Shown here piece after piece: positions 48,448-64,000 of a stretch of 64,000 bases of DNA. Source of the stretch: Pocillopora damicornis (Eukaryota); assembly GCF_003704095.1 (NCBI RefSeq), contig NW_020844967.1:1-64000 (forward strand). Reading direction: 5' to 3'. Position 1 is the first letter of the stretch, and each line of letters opens with the position of its first letter. A program made the position numbers and the translations under genes. The notes beneath the pieces are model-generated. The model was not told the DNA's origin. It did not search any database and was given only the letters and a program-made list of their open reading frames with translations.

Positions 48448-51400
48448 ATGGTGATCAGAGGGAAACTATCCGGCGAGTTGTTTATTTTTAACATTTTAAG
48501 TGTTTGTTTCACTTTAGTGGATTCAAACTTCAACGTGGAGGAAATATATGGTGTTAAGTATGGATTTCAGATTTCTAGGGAGCCAGTTCTCTTGAAAGAG
48601 GTAAGATTTTCAGAGATTTTTCTATCCGCCAATGGTGTAACGCGACGTTTGTCAATTTATTTTGCTTTGATAAGCTGCTTCGAACAAGGAACGGGCACCT
48701 GCAGCTGCAGATGGAGAGACGTCGGAAGATTTTATTATTAAGCGGATTCCAATTTTTCATTTAAGATGTTTTGATTATCATTACAGTTTTTTTTCATTGT
48801 GATCTGGATTAGCAGATCCTTGTACTTAAAGATGATTTATGCATTCTCTTACTTTTAATTAAAGTTAACACTTGGGTTCTTGTGATTGGTGCAGAGCTAA
48901 CAACATCTCTATCACAAAAATTGATCAGGATTTCATCGTATCATCGCAATAGTGAACGTTCTAAGTTCGTTTACCCTTTTACTCCTAAGATCTGATTGTT
49001 AATTCAACCCTCTAGCTGCTACACAGTTTCCTTGTAAGTTAGTAACAAGAAGTGGGTTTTATATTAAGGTAACAACTTGTACCTGATATGTTTGAGTATC
49101 CTCATTACCTGTTTGCACGATAATGTATGAATATTATAGGGTGAAGTTACCTGTTAATCACTTCTGGGAGTTAAAGAGTTAAGGAAATCAGCATAAGTTT
49201 GTCTTTGATTTGAATATTTTGTTAATATCTATTAATAAACTGATCACTACCCAGCCTGTGTAATGTGATTATGAATTTATTCCCATTTCATTTTTTCTTT
49301 TGTGAGTAATATTGTCAACACTTGAAGATAAAATTTGCATCCACATGTGAATTTTCATCATTCACACAATACATGTCCGCTTCTCTGGAAAAAACAGTAT
49401 CTATTGTTTTTGTAGGTTAGAAAATAATGTTGTAAATAATGTCACATCTATTTCAGAGTTCAGAACTTGGAAATACAGTGTTATTATCATCCAAGCATGG
49501 ACAGCAATATCAGTGTGTTCTACCACAGCTTGAGAATTTAGATAAAAAGGATGAGGATATCCAACATATATCTAAAGATGAAATTCCTCAGCTTCTAGAA
49601 CCAATAAAGAAAAAGTGTTTGTATAATGTAAGTGCTTGTATGCCTTCTTGAAGCTATTTGTACATTAGGATAGAGAAGCCATCTGGTGTAATAATTGTAA
49701 TTAGAAAACAGTTTACAAGAATTTCAGTAACTTTTTCCATAATAGCTTCAGATGGTGTGGTAGGTGGCTGTGCCGTAAGGTGAATCCCAAGCACAAGGGC
49801 TTACTTGAGGTCTTATGAGTGGTTGTAGATTGCAGGTATCAGGCTTTTATTAAAATTGCCAAGTTTCTGGGCTTGATAAGCTCACATTTTAGAGCACGGT
49901 ACTGCTGTGTGGGACATTACAGGCTCAGGCCTCATACCAGACCAACACTCAGGGTGTTAAAATAACTAAGAGAATGTGCTGCCTTTACTTTGCAGTCAGC
50001 AAAAGATTAGACATTCTAGTCCTCTTGGGATAAGGACTAAAAATTAGATAAATTAAATTAGCTACAAGACTTTGGTGTAAGATCAAGATGACAACTTCTA
50101 CCTGTTTAGTCTGAGTATTCTCATTAACAGTTTGCTGGAAACATGTGGATATAATATGGAGAAGTTGGATGTTAGTCACTTGTGGGAGTTAAAGTTTTAA
50201 GTACATGTATTAATTGTAACTTACTTGTAAATGTGTGTATGCTTCCCTTTTTTTTTTGTAGAATAAAGGATGGTGGACATATGAAGTATGTTTTGGAAAA
50301 GGAATTTACCAGTATCACATGGAAGGTCAGAATGAGCACCAGGCAGCTTACATGTGTACATGTTTCATTTATTTTGTTTGTTAATTTTGGGTCGAATTTG
50401 CTTATTTTAAGTAGCACTTGTATTAATTATTATATATTCATCAAAAAGTATGACCTTTTCATTTTCTTAACATCTTTTCCTGGAAAAGGAGGGTGATATT
50501 ATAATGTCACAAGATTATCGCAATGTCTGCAAGGCCAAGGATTTCAGCCTCTGAAACATCACACATTAAGATGGCTTGAATAAATCAAAACTGCAACACT
50601 TATCAAATCCAACCTTATAAACTTTAAGGGATGCCTGATAAAAAGCCTCAAGTGACCTCTGATATGTGTACTGCTAGATTTTCCTTTGAAATTGGTCTGT
50701 GTTCCTTTAAGAAACACAGGAGAAGTTTATTTTGTATTGAAAGTCACTTAATACATCCCTTCAGTGAAGCATATCAATATTTTATATCATATCATGTCAA
50801 GCATATCAATATTTTCTAACCAAATAGGTGTTTCTCCATTTCAGCAAATAAGGTTGTTGGTGATAAAATTTCCTTAGGAGTATTTAGTAATGAGACTGAT
50901 TGGAGTCAGGAGAAAATAATCCTTAGAAAGGTAAAAACTTTTATGGATGTTGAATGAATTGTTTAACAACTCTGTTCAATCTCCATTTACAAATGTTTGG
51001 CCAGTCTTTAAATCTGCTTCTAATTACAGCTTTAATATAGCACTCCAAGGGGCCATTGTTATGGTTCCCTTTGCATGTGAAAAAAAGTTTTCATTTGAAA
51101 TTTAAATAAAAAGTGGCTAATCTGGCAATCTGTATTTTTGACCATGTAAGTAGCAATTCTTTGTTTTTTCTATCTTGGTGTCAATGGTTTAAAATTAGAG
51201 CATGATGCACAGAAGTACATTGTTATGGTATATTTTAACAGACAGTAAAATCCCACAAACTTGGAACTTGGACAGCTACTTTATTAAACAATTATTCATA
51301 TTTAGGAGTGACTACAATAGACAATAAGATTATCCTCAATAGGTCCTCTATAGATTACGCCTTAGCTCACCACTGACACAAACCCACACTTGTCTCCAAA

Positions 51401-54400
51401 ATTCCTTGAAATGAACAATCTTTCACAGTGGCTCCCTCTCTTGGTATAGCATTCCAAACAGTCTGTTCCAGAAGGTTCCATGGCATGCAAGTCAGCATGA
51501 GTAAGACTAAGTGCTTTCTCTCTTTTTTCCTCCAGGAAAAACCAAAACCAGGAAAAAGTTCAGTGGCTAAAAAATATCATTCCCAGTATTATGTGAATGG
51601 TACTCAGTGTGATTTGACAGGAAAAGAAAGAGAAACACAAATTAAGGTACTGTAGCTGCAGTATTTGTCACTTTGGTTTAAATTGTTTACCTCTATTTCT
51701 TCTTTTCCTTGATTGATTTTAATCTTCATCCCCCCTTGCTAGCTCTTCCCTTCCTTTTCTCTTCCTTTTCTCTTCCTTTTCCCTTCTATTTCCCTTCCTT
51801 CTCCCTTCCTCTTCCCTTCCTTTTCCCTTCTTTTCTCTTATTTTTCCCTTCCTTTTCCCTTCCTTTTCTCTTCCTATCCCTTCCTTTTCCCTTCCTTTTC
51901 TCTTTCCCTGTGCAAGCTTTCTTTCTGCCATTTATGTATTGTTTTTTTGCTGTCTTTATTTTGGAATATTTCTTTTCCCCCTAATTCTTTCATTTCTGTG
52001 TTCCCACAGTTTCTTAATTTCTTGATTCTATCATCTCAAAGTATGCCTCTTCTACAGTTCATCCCTTCCCTTTTTCTGCTTTTACCTTCATTTATTAGTT
52101 TTTTATTCTTATATGTTCCTCTGCTCCTCAATTTCTCTGTCTCTGCAGGGAAACCAAGCTGTCTACTTGTTTTCCTCATCTGTTGTGTTCATTTTGTTAA
52201 TGCTTCCACATCCCTTGGCTCTTGGTGAGACTCTCTGTTTTCATAATTACTTTCTTGTTTTCAGATATTCTGTGATGAAGATAGAGCAGATTTTGTAGTA
52301 AGAGTGGATGAACCATCGTCCTGTTCCTATGTAATTACAGTACACACCAACAAGCTTTGCAAACACAACTTGTTCAGGTCCTCCCAAGTACAGGAACCCC
52401 AGTCTATTACCTGCTCTCCAGCATTATCAGAGGAACGATATAAAATTTATGTAGAAAGAGTCGGTGAGTAGTTTCAATCAGGGAACTTTTTCAGAGTAAG
52501 TGTGTCAACTTTGTGTAAGTCGTTTGAAAATAAGATGTACGGCATAACCGAAGCTGATGGCATCCCATTGCTGCTCTTGTGATGTTTTATCTTATAAATT
52601 ACAGAATCACGAAAAAAGGCTCAAGAGGAGGCCAAAGCTGCCAAAGAAGCTGAAAACAGAGCTCGAAAAGCAAGAGCTGTAGAGAAAGTAGAAGGTGAAG
52701 ATGAAATAGAGGACGATGATGAAGAAGTCTTTGATACAAAGAATACGAGATCAAAGCGAAGCCAAGTGTGGCCATGGGAAAACCCTGGAGTTGAAAGTGA
52801 GGATGAGGTTTGGATTGATGGAAAAATCGAGCAGGACAAAATTGATGTGCACAGATTGGACATTACCAAGGGGCGCAAGAAAAATGCAATGGGACATCTT
52901 GAAAGTGAAGGTATCACCATCATGAGTCAAAAGATACACAGGAAGAGACAACCTGTCATGGAAAGGTAAATGTAATGAGCTGATACACTCTAATGCTCGT
53001 TACTGATTCTCTTACAAATTTTTTGAATGCGTTCTGTCAGAGATCCGGCCCGTTATTTTGCATTGGTTAGTTTGAAGGATGCGGATGCGGCATGTCCATG
53101 TTTAAGTTAGAAGGAAAGTTTCGGTCTTCTTTGCGAACCTCCTCGGCTTTTTTTGGGAAGACATGTACCATCTTAGATTTTGATCTTTGATCTGAATGTT
53201 AACTACTGTAACTGTTGAATATGGGTGTCGTTATAGCACACTCTTAATTTTAGAGGGAATCTCCTTCTTTCTTATACAGCAGGTCCTTATTTCGCTATTT
53301 TCTTACAGACAAACAGGAGACGCTGAAGAGAAAGAAGAAAATCCTGCCGAAGATGAAATGAAAGAAACGCCGGATAAAGAAGAATCAAAGGAGTCAATTG
53401 AGGGGACGGAGAAAAGTATCGAGAAAGAGGAAAATGTTGACGGTAATGAGATGGAGAAGGCTGTTGAAGGAGCTACTGAACAAAACTACAAACAGGGGGT
53501 TAAAGGAGATGAAGGTATTCCAGCAGAAGGAGGGAAAGAGGAGGTCATTGATGTAGTCAGCAAAGAAGGTGGAAAAGAAACAACTACAACAGAGCAAAGT
53601 TTGGATGAGGAATGGAGGAATAAAGTGGATGAAGAAATTCTTAAACTGAGATCTACTTTGAAAGAGAAATTAAGCAAGTTTGGTTTCAATCCTGAAGGTG
53701 AATTATGGTAGATTCTTGTGATTAGAATTACCATCTATCCACTTTTTTGTTTGCTTGTATGGGAACTCATTCGCATCACTAAAACCGATTTTAAGCTCTT
53801 TAAGTTTACATCAAGAACAAATTGCAAAAAGAAACGCTGATCTTGTTCATTTCTCGTAGTAGATTTAGCAGAAATATTGAGCAAATCTGCTACTTTCCTA
53901 AAATTCAATTGTTTTTACATTTAAATGAACAAAGAGCCGGAAGAAGACGGCAGAAATTTTAATTCTTTCGTTGTCTTTTTACGTAAAGAATCATTCTAAT
54001 TCTTTAGATTGAGCCGTAGTCTAGTGCGCTAGCTAAGGTGTTTGTCGAAGCCAGTCAGGTGTCAAAATAATGGACAAATCTGCGAAAGTTAGTCGAAACT
54101 TTTCCAATTGATTATCTCATTCTGTGGCTCTTTGCCGTCACATATACTCATCGTCCTTCCAGGGTTATTTGTGTCAGTCGTTAGCGAATACCGATCTAGT
54201 TTGGATAATGTTTTACTTCAGTCTGTATTTTCTGTTCCTCGTCGATGGTCAAATCTTGAAGATATGTTTTTTTTCGTTATGGCCTTCAGCACCTTATATT
54301 TTTGTACCTTTACTTTTTTTTTTGACTGACAGTGTTGGATAAGAAATTCGAGGAGAAATTTGGAAGTGTGGGAAACCGAGAAAAGGGGAAGGATGCTGCC

Positions 54401-57400
54401 GACAGTCAGATTGGAACAGAAAATCATGAAGATGAAAAAATTGATGAGAAAGACGAAAAACTTGAAGATGAGGATGAGGATGAAGATGAAGATGAAGATG
54501 AAGACACGCCACAAAAGGAACAGCAGAAGTCAAAGCCTAACATAAATTACTTTGCGGAATCACTTAAAGAGTTTCAGAAGGTTTGTTCTTTGTTTCCTCA
54601 CCCATCAGCTCCCAGAAGCGGTTCACAGTTTCAATGGTTATCCCGCAAATAAGTGATGAGAGTGGACTAGCTTATCGGGTTGCGTTATCTTGATGCAACA
54701 CCAAATTCTCTCAAGTATTGTACAATGAAATGTTTTGTAGCATGTAGGCGAATAGGAGACTACTCAGCTTTTGAGAATCAAAGGTTTAAAAAGCTAAATT
54801 TGATGCCTTTAAATGGCAAATGATAGCCCTTATTCATACAGGGTCGACTCGTAAATATTTCTTTGGAAAGTTATGCTTTTATGCAATTTTTTTTTCTGGA
54901 AATAAGACATTACTCTTCTACAAAGAATCGAAACATTTTTCTAACTGTTTAAGCTAGCTAGAAGCTACAGCTTTTCATGAAATAACTGAGATACTGCCGG
55001 CGCTCTGATCGGTCAAAAACCTTTTGATCGTTTACTGCACTGGTAAACCCACTGAAAATTGAAACACGCTGTGTTTTGTTTTAAGTTTATGTCATAACAG
55101 TAATAGATCGCACTTTCTACCGGTTTACCGTCGCTTTATTATAAGAACACGAGAAAAGTATGTAAATCACTCGCTGGATCTCGTTTTTTTTCCTAACATT
55201 CTGCATGAATTATTGCGCCTGTGAACCGATAGAAAGTTCCGTCTCTCGCTAAAATAGCCCGATTGACTCAATTCGTTCTATTGTTGACAGCTTTTTAGCG
55301 GGGGCATGATGAAGAATTTGTTAGAAGCTGCCTCTGTAATGCAAGCTGAGTTGGAAAAACAGTTTTACGAAGAACGCGGTCGAATGAAGAGTGAAGTTGA
55401 AATCGTTAAGACAAAGATACAACAGATTGAGGAGACAAATGGTGTGAAAGACAAAGAGCTTGCCAAAACATTGAGCAAGATAAAGGATTCCATTGAACGT
55501 TTTGAGAAAACCAACTTGTAAGTTACCAGGAAATAGATTTTTAATGTAATAATTGAAATGCCAATGGTCGAATTGTTGTTTTCGTTATTTATGGTTTACT
55601 TCGTGGTCGGTCGGTCGGTCGGTCGTCGTTTTTGCAGTCAATCGCTCAGGCATCTAGTCGGCCGGTGAGTCAACAACTCGTATGGCATTCTCTCCTAGAC
55701 AGTTTATTGTATCAGATTCACCTTGTTTGTGTGACAGTAAAATAACAATGGTTGTTTCTACTTCCCACGTTTGATATCAAGTTGAATCGATCAGCATCTC
55801 CGAGCAAATTAACTTCCTTTGAAAACTGTTTATCTCTTCTTTGGTGGTTACTTGTATGATTCTCACACTATGTCAGTATGTTTATGCGTCAATGTTCTAG
55901 AGAAAAGTTCAATCTTAATTCAAATTCGTGTTCTTATCTCTTTAGGCAACTAGATGATGACATGGAATCAATCAAAGAACTCAATAAAGAGATATTCAAT
56001 ATGATAGGAGGTAAAGATAAACCAGCCGCGAAAGGCGACTTGCTAGAACTTTCTCTTAGGAGCAACAAACTTTTGAAGAAAATTCTTTTGCGGCGATTCC
56101 AGCTGGACCAAGACTTAGATTATATCACAAAAATGAGAGGAAAATTTTCTGGTGACAAAGATGCCGAGGAGGAGTCGAAGGATAAGGCGCAATTTTTGCC
56201 AACGAAAGGTGGTATTGATAAAGTCGTGAACAAGGTGAAAACTATGATCCAAGATCTGGACGTGAACAGTAAAGTGAATGCAAAAGCTGCAGATTTTGGG
56301 GATGAAGGCAGCACGGAAATAAACTCTGCCAGTTCTACAATTGACGACGTTGACGAATTAGAGTCATCAGAATCGTCTGATGAGAGTGACACGAAAACAG
56401 GAGTAAAAGTGAAAGTGTCAAAGGTTAAGAAAGTATTCGTTGGCGACAATGAAGACTCCGAGATGGAAGAAGCAGATCTTGACGATGAAGAGATGGAAGA
56501 GTTAGGTCTCCAAAAGCGAATTCGTATGGCTACGAAGAAAATGGAAGAACTAGTCAAACAGCAGCTGAGAGACTCAGGAGTGTTGCCTTCAGGTATGACA
56601 AACTTAATTAGAATTCAGATAATACTTGAAGATCTGTAATGTTCTTTGTCTGCAGCCGGTGCTTGGACATGCTGTAGTTTCTTCAACTCCTTCAATCCCA
56701 AGAATGTCCAGAAAGGAAAGATGATGAGAAGACAGAAAAACAATAACCAGGGAACATTGTTTGATTTAATACTACATTCTCCAAACTTTATTTATTGAAA
56801 TGTTAGGTAGACGGTGTGGAGAAGTGATCTTTTCATCTTGGTAGTGAGTGGGTTGATGCTTTCCTTGCGAAGTGGAAGGAGCTACATCATGATATTTTCA
56901 TTTGCTTTGAGGAGGGGGGGGGGGAAAGAGAGGGGGTACTTACGAAGCTACCCAACACTTCAAGAACACTGCAAAATAATAAATCATTTATTCGAAGAAA
57001 TAATTAAAAAAGGAATGAAGAAGGTTAACCATATTATAATTGATAACGCACTTAATAAAGTGGAGATGTCCAATCAGTAACGTGGTTTCTTCACTTAAGT
57101 ATAAATCTTGACATGTAGTGTAATCATGTTTAGGCAAGATAAAAGTCAAGATTGTGACATCCAAAGACGCTCTGGAGAAAATGGAAGGCAAAAGCGATTT
57201 GAAGTTACTCAGTGACGATGAAGAAAATCAATTTAAAAACATGATCCTTGGTCTATTGGTGAGTTAAGAACACGAAACATTTTGAAAATAGTACAAATGA
57301 ACGAAAAAGCGTCCAATTTTCAATTTTCGGTTTCAGGCACTGATCTGTGTCTGTTGATAACGACGCACAAGCGGATGGGCTGTTAGACCGGTTTCGAAAT

Positions 57401-57861
57401 AATGGAGAGCTTGTAAACAGTTTATAATCTCTTGAAAAGAAAATGGAAAAAAAAAAAAGATCTGGCATATATCCCCGTTCACAAGAGTGACAAATGATGC
57501 ACATCATTCCTTTAAAAGTAACGTACCAGATGTAACTGACTTCTCCCTGTTTTTGTGGTCGAACAGTCACGTGTTCATATTCTTTGCTAGACTTTCAATC
57601 GGTACATTAGTACCACTTGGAAAATCGACAGTTTGAATTAATAAGTTTTTGAAGGTTATACCGATATATTTTAATTGAACCTCATCGGTCAATTTTCTTT
57701 TCCTAATCTCTCAGGGAGGTAGTCCTGACGCTGGGAAAGAAAGAAAGCGTCAACAAGACTTGGAAAACAATTACAATTTAGTTTGGAATGAGGACGAGCT
57801 GCAGACAGTGCCGAGGGAAGATGATGAAGCTGATAGGGAAGTGGAAGTAGAATCATTTTAG
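48448..57861 (+). CDS. OS9: ER lectin OS-9, ~975 aa, 13 exons
   Basis: Exons 48448-48600, 49457-49627, 50262-50325, 50845-50930, 51536-51646, 52265-52463, 52605-52965, 53309-53697, 54333-54580, 55291-55517, 55946-56592, 57134-57258, 57715-57861, all in phase. MRH motifs GWWTYEVCFGK..QYH, YHSQYYVNGTQCDLTGKERET, VDEPSSCSYVI; C-terminal GKIKVKIV and RQQDLENNYNLVW. Confidence 0.9.
51735..51910. repeat. Polypyrimidine low-complexity tract (CCTTT-like)
   Basis: Nearly pure C/T stretch in an OS9 intron. Confidence 0.8.
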
Positions 57862-59166
57862 CCACAATCAAACTTTTGCACTCCTCATCGAGAAAGATCT
57901 AATCGTCTTGTCACGAGCGTATTACAAAGAAAAAAATCGGAGTGTCCCTAGAAATAGAACCTCAGACATTTGGATTTTGCGCTTCGATGCTCTACCACGC
58001 ATGTACTCACCTTAGAGTTGCCTTAAACTCAACGATAGGGCATCACGGCGCGAAATCCGAAGGTGTGGATCTTAATTCCAAGGTTGAGATCAAAATTTGT
58101 CACATTTGTTGATGTTCTACAGACGTAGGAGAAAACTTTTGAGAGAAATAATTTCACTTATCCCGATATACTTCTGCTCTCTACTGAAATCCTTCTGCAG
58201 TTATATTAATGTTCAAAATGGCAGAAATGATTTGTTTTCTGTAGCATACCCCTCCATCCAAAGGGATCGCCTTTGGAAAAAGGCCAGTATGCAGCATTGA
58301 GGCGTGCTGTAGGTTAATCTTCTTCTATAGCACTTAACCAATCTACTAAGACAACGCCGTATTTGTTGTTTAAGTCAATTTGTTGTCTCTGATACGGGAA
58401 GGAATTTCCGCAAAGAGCGCACGGTGACCTGTTACGAAAATTATCAAGATAAACACTCACTTCTGGCGCTGTTGGATTGACAAAAAAAGAAAACGAGTTT
58501 TATTTCAAATAGAGTATGTTAAACAAAAGTATTTATTGTAGAGTTTGTATAACTTTAGATTGTAAAAGTCAACCGAATACAACATATTGCTCTGCACGCG
58601 CTTTTTCATGCGTGAAAAAAAAATCTCATGAATACCAAAAAAATCTGTACCAAGCTCACAGATGTAAAGTGATTTCTTACATCTCTACGTGTAGTGTAAA
58701 TACGTAAATTAAAAAGAGATCTTTTCACCATATATTTTGTGTTGGAATCGTGGGAAAGCACAATTCTTTGGCTTTGATGTTGGTATCGAGACCCCACAAC
58801 CCCGCACCCATTTTGCTTAAAATGTTGTCCAAATCAAGATGTAGTGAAAATCTAACCATGACAATGGGGGCGTGAGCTTATTTCTCAAGACAGTTTAACT
58901 AAGCAGGCGAAAGAATATCTGCAGAGGACTAATGAATTACACGGACATAAATATGGAAAAATTTCTGTCATAGTTATTCGCTTGTTTACCATAAATGTAC
59001 ACCTTCAGACACTAAAAATGACAAGGAAACAACAGACCAGGACATTTTCAGTTCTGTTAATGGCTACTTTATTCCAATTTTTTTTTTCCCAACCAAAGAC
59101 AACATGTCAAAATGCAAAAATCCTGTACAGAGCAAAGAAGATTTTAAAAGTTGATGCACGGTTAAT

Positions 59167-63164
<3,998 letters not shown>

Positions 63165-63366
63165 CTGCAAACATCGACACAAAAAGAATCATGATATCGA
63201 GCAAATTTTAGCAACGATTTCAGTAATGATAAGGTAACCGAAAAAATAAATTATCCAAATACACTATACGCGTGTCTAGCGTTTAAAATAAGGTACAACA
63301 TTGACGATTGAAGTAGATAACTCGACATACCTTGAGGAGAAGACGGTCTCTGCCACTGAAGCGATC

Positions 63367-63375
63367 AGAAAGGAA
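63367..63375 (-). promoter_or_regulatory. TCT initiator / 5'-TOP pyrimidine start of NACA
   Basis: TTCCTTTCT lies ~40 nt upstream of the non-coding exon-1 donor (CAAG|GTATGT at 63331), typical of translation-machinery and snoRNA host genes. Confidence 0.55.
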
Positions 63376-63604
63376 TGAATATGGGTGCGCAGGGAATCAT
63401 GGGAACATAACAGCTATGGACTCACTCGCTCGAGGGCCCGGGTATCGCGTGGTACTGAAGGTATAGCGAAGTGCAAAAAGGAAGCCTACTTTTTGCAGGA
63501 GGAGTAAGTTTTAAACTTTTTTTTATTTATGTGAAGAGTAGAAAGTATACTCCTACTTGCAGCACACTTATTCGACTTTTAACTCGACTCATAAAGATAT
63601 AGCG

Positions 63605-63860
63605 ATCTCGTTCTAGTCATCTCGGTTGAAGACGATAAGCTGTAGGCCCCGTTTCCTAAATCTCCTCCGTGTTGATTAGCAGGGGATGTTAAAGAATCCA
63701 CGCAAAGAGAAAGAAATGTAGCTACCGATGTTGTGGCCTGGTCTTGTTTCTAAAAAATCTTAAATTGGGAACAACTGCAAAATTTCATTTAAAAAAATTA
63801 TAAACTGATCGATGAAGCCTGGCTTAGGTCCCCCGCAAAAGTGTTGTAAGGTGCACTAAA
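63605..63860 (+). mobile_element. Degenerate SINE-like repeat fragment
   Basis: ttctagtcatctcggttgaagacgataa... resembles ttctagtcctcttggataaggactaaaa near 50014; family not identified. Confidence 0.3.
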
Positions 63861-64000
63861 CCATATTCATAAGCAGAATGTGCTATATATTATTAAAATA
63901 ATCAATTAAATGGAGTCAACTGCAGGTAGATTTCTTAAAAAGATCGAAGAACCAACTTTGCCTCTCTCTCATCACGAGGCTTGTTGGCTCAGTTGAAAGT

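Noticed and set aside
51709-52298. Hydrophobic F/L/P/S-rich ORFs
   Set aside because: Translation of an intronic polypyrimidine tract.

Overview
AT-rich, intron-containing eukaryotic DNA from an anthozoan cnidarian (diagnostic minicollagens; stony coral is an inference). There are three N-gaps (15187-15286, 19813-19912, 34278-34410). Gene models were built by hand from GT/AG junctions and phase arithmetic. Left to right: the 3' part of an EGF/SEA type-I membrane protein (+); a head-to-head pair of Cys-rich minicollagens; a secreted Tyr/Pro-rich orphan (-); a head-to-head pair of divergent K50 homeobox paralogues (one invisible in the ORF track); a two-TM NIT-domain guanylyl cyclase (-); a second secreted Tyr/Pro/Gln-rich orphan (-) sharing a CGxPGC motif and intron phase with the first; a QRICH2/C16orf96-like gene (+); intronless QPRT (-) head-to-head with a long OS9 (+); and NACA (-). 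Best leads: (1) a ~200-nt box C/D guide RNA in a NACA intron whose D-box guide targets the wobble C34 of elongator tRNA-Met (SNORD97/SNORD133-type); (2) a ~30-kb candidate cnidocyte module (minicollagens, YP/CGxPGC proteins, orphan homeoboxes with an N47/K50/Y54 helix, NIT-GC). Functional links are inference; no database searches were run.
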